A DNA stretch of 64,000 nucleotides from NCBI RefSeq assembly GCF_963921235.1, contig NC_086097.1, positions 186,312,001 to 186,376,000 on the forward strand, written 5' to 3'. The notes under the pieces are model-generated. The model saw only the letters and a list, made by a program, of their open reading frames with translations, did no database searches and was not told where the DNA came from. The position numbers and the translations under genes were made by a program. Below, in pieces: positions 61,773 through 64,000 of the stretch; the first letter of the stretch is position 1; each line of letters begins with the position of its first letter. Source of the DNA: Mobula hypostoma. Its lineage: Eukaryota.

Positions 61773-64000
61773 TGTAGAGGAGGTTTAACCCAAAAGCAGA
61801 GCAGCAGAGACCATTTAGCAATAAACAATATTTACCAATAAACTGCAAAATAAGAAGCCACAAAACAAGAGAGAACAGATACCGAACATGGTAAGCCGAC
61901 TGGCTGGTTCATATGAATGAACAAGGACTGTGGATGAAAGTTGAATTTAAATAGGCTGCAGGTGAAGATTTGGAAATGAGTGGCAAATGACTCCTGTTAG
62001 CTGGGTGGAGGTTGGGAAGTGCCTGCCGTGACGGCCCACACGATCAGGCTGGGTCATCTGAACTCTTCAATGAACGATAGATCCAAGATGAAACTGGACA
62101 GCACTCATGGACTCTTCTCCAAGCAACGTGCTTCCCAGTTGACCAGGTTCTGCACACCCCATCCGTGATGTCGTGAATCCATCAGCCGGCAAACTGTGTG
62201 CACTGGACCGCCTTGCACTCTCCTTGCTTCTGGAGATGCAGGCTCAGGTGGGCTGAGTGCTCTGTGGACAGGGGGTTTGAGGCAGGGCACGTGGAAGGTA
62301 GATGTGATCCTGAGGGACAGTAGCAACTGCAGATGGTAAGTGACTGGATTGAAGTGATGGGTAATCTTAAAGGGGCCAATGAAGTGGGGTAAGAGCTTGT
62401 GGGAGTTAGTACGTATGGGCAGATCTTAGGTCAACAGCCAGACAGTCTTCAGGCCAGAATAGTCTGTCTGGCTGCTGTCGATGGTTAGCCTACTGTGCCC
62501 TCTTCCAAGCAACCCAGCATTGGCGAACCGGGGCCCTACTGGATGGGACCTCCGTCATTGGCTCCTCTGCTGGGAACAACAGGGGTTAGTAGCCATGAAC
62601 CATCTCAAGGGGTGACAGAGGAGGTATGTAGATTACAAAGTTCAGTCCAGAGCAGATACTATACTTCTTCCATGTGAAAGGGTTAGAGGTAATGAAGCAT
62701 CACTGAAACTTCTCGACCTGCTGATTGGCTCTTTCTGACTGTCGATTGGTCTGTAGGCTTGATAGCTAGAGGAAGAACTCACTGAGGCGCGATGGAAGGA
62801 GCAGAAGGCTCACGTGAAGCAGGAGACGAATTGTGGGTCCCAGCCCAACATAATGTCCTGAGGGATGCTGTCTCAGCAGCAATGAAGTGGGACACCATGG
62901 AGAACTAGTCAAGCACTGTCATGATTGCCATGATTCCATCAGAATATGACAAACCAGTGAGGAAATCCATGGAAATGTGGGACCATGGTCATAGAGGTTG
63001 GAGGCATTGGACTGGGCAAATTGAGGGCAGGCAGTGACAAACTAAGGTACATTTGCAGTCATGGTGGCTTACCAGAACCAGCATTGCAGAAAATCCAGAG
63101 TCCATCATGAGTTTGGATGGATGGAGAGGGATGAGGATTAGGTCCACTGAAGTGCTTTAGAGTGCACAACCACCAGCACGTACATGTGGTGTTAGATGTG
63201 TTGGCCAGAGCAGGATTGTGCTGTAGAGCCTGGCGGATCTGGTTCTCGAGGTCCCAGGCGATCGAGGCAAGGATATAGGAGGATGGAATGAAGAGATGAG
63301 GGTCGATCTCCATTTCAGCTGGGTCGAGTTGTTGTGACAGGGCATCTGCTTTAGTGTTCTAGCAGCCAGGTCAATAGGAGAAGGTGAAGTTGAATTGTTT
63401 GAAGAAGAGGGCCCAGCAAGCCTGACGTGAATTGAATGGGTTGGGTTGAATGTTATGAGGTTCTGGTGATCAGTCTAGATCAGAAAGGGTTCGATATTTC
63501 CCATCATCCAATGTCTCCATTCCTCCAAGGCCCGTTAGATGGTGAGTAGCTCCCGTCTCATACTCTATAAAGACACTGCGTAGAATTTGCGTGGGGGGAA
63601 GGCACAATGATATGCCTTCCTGCCCAGTCTTCCCTGGGAGTTGGATGGCCCTGTGCTCACATTAAGTGCGTCCAGCTCTACCACAAAAGGTCCAGAGGGG
63701 TTTAAATGGTGGAGAGTGGAGGTGGTTGAGCTCCTTGAGCTCCTTAAAACCATGATATGCTGCAGCAGATCTGGTTATCCATGAGGTAGATGATTTGGTG
63801 AGTGGAGCAGCGATTTGGCTGTAGTTCTTAATGAAGTTGGAGAAGTTGGGCAAGGAACTCTGTACTGTTTTAGGAAGTGTGGGTGGGGTCATTCAATGAT
63901 GGTGTGCACCCTCTCTGGGTTCATGTTTACTTCTCTGGGGTGAAGGGACATAACCCAGGAAGGAAATGACTGTGTTGTGGAACTGTCATTTTTCTAACTT
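61773..64000 (-). mobile_element. Sushi/chromovirus-type Gypsy element: 3' LTR (~61773-62033), chromodomain, integrase, RNase H; continues past the window
   Basis: TFHVPCLKP...HTVCRLMDSRHHGWGVQNLVNW (chromodomain-like); PFVVELDAL; NFIKNYSQIAAPLT. Confidence 0.88.

Overview
Vertebrate non-coding DNA dominated by transposable elements. The repeat repertoire (CR1 LINEs with (TTTCTATG)n tails, Rex1/Babar LINEs, Penelope-like elements, V-SINE/HE1-like SINEs) suggests a cartilaginous fish, probably a ray; this is inference. I found no intron-containing host gene or host exon. The standout structure is a complete LTR retrotransposon of the Gypsy Mag/K02A2.6 type (19064-22783, minus strand, TGT...ACA ends, 5-bp TSD GTCAC). 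Its RT-RNase H-integrase region has been replaced by an intronless copy of the host Sin3-HDAC corepressor gene SUDS3, joined in frame to gag-protease. This element sits inside the 5' LTR of an older Sushi-type Gypsy element (~18875-27778). Other contents: a four-layer nest with a solo LTR carrying a perfect five-unit heat-shock element; a young Penelope inside an old one with a 14-bp TSD and a hammerhead motif; Tc1, mariner, Tigger and Harbinger DNA-transposon relics; a young 5'-truncated CR1 with an open RT frame; and a chromodomain-bearing Gypsy running off the right edge. Boundaries of decayed repeats are approximate; TSD-defined boundaries are exact.
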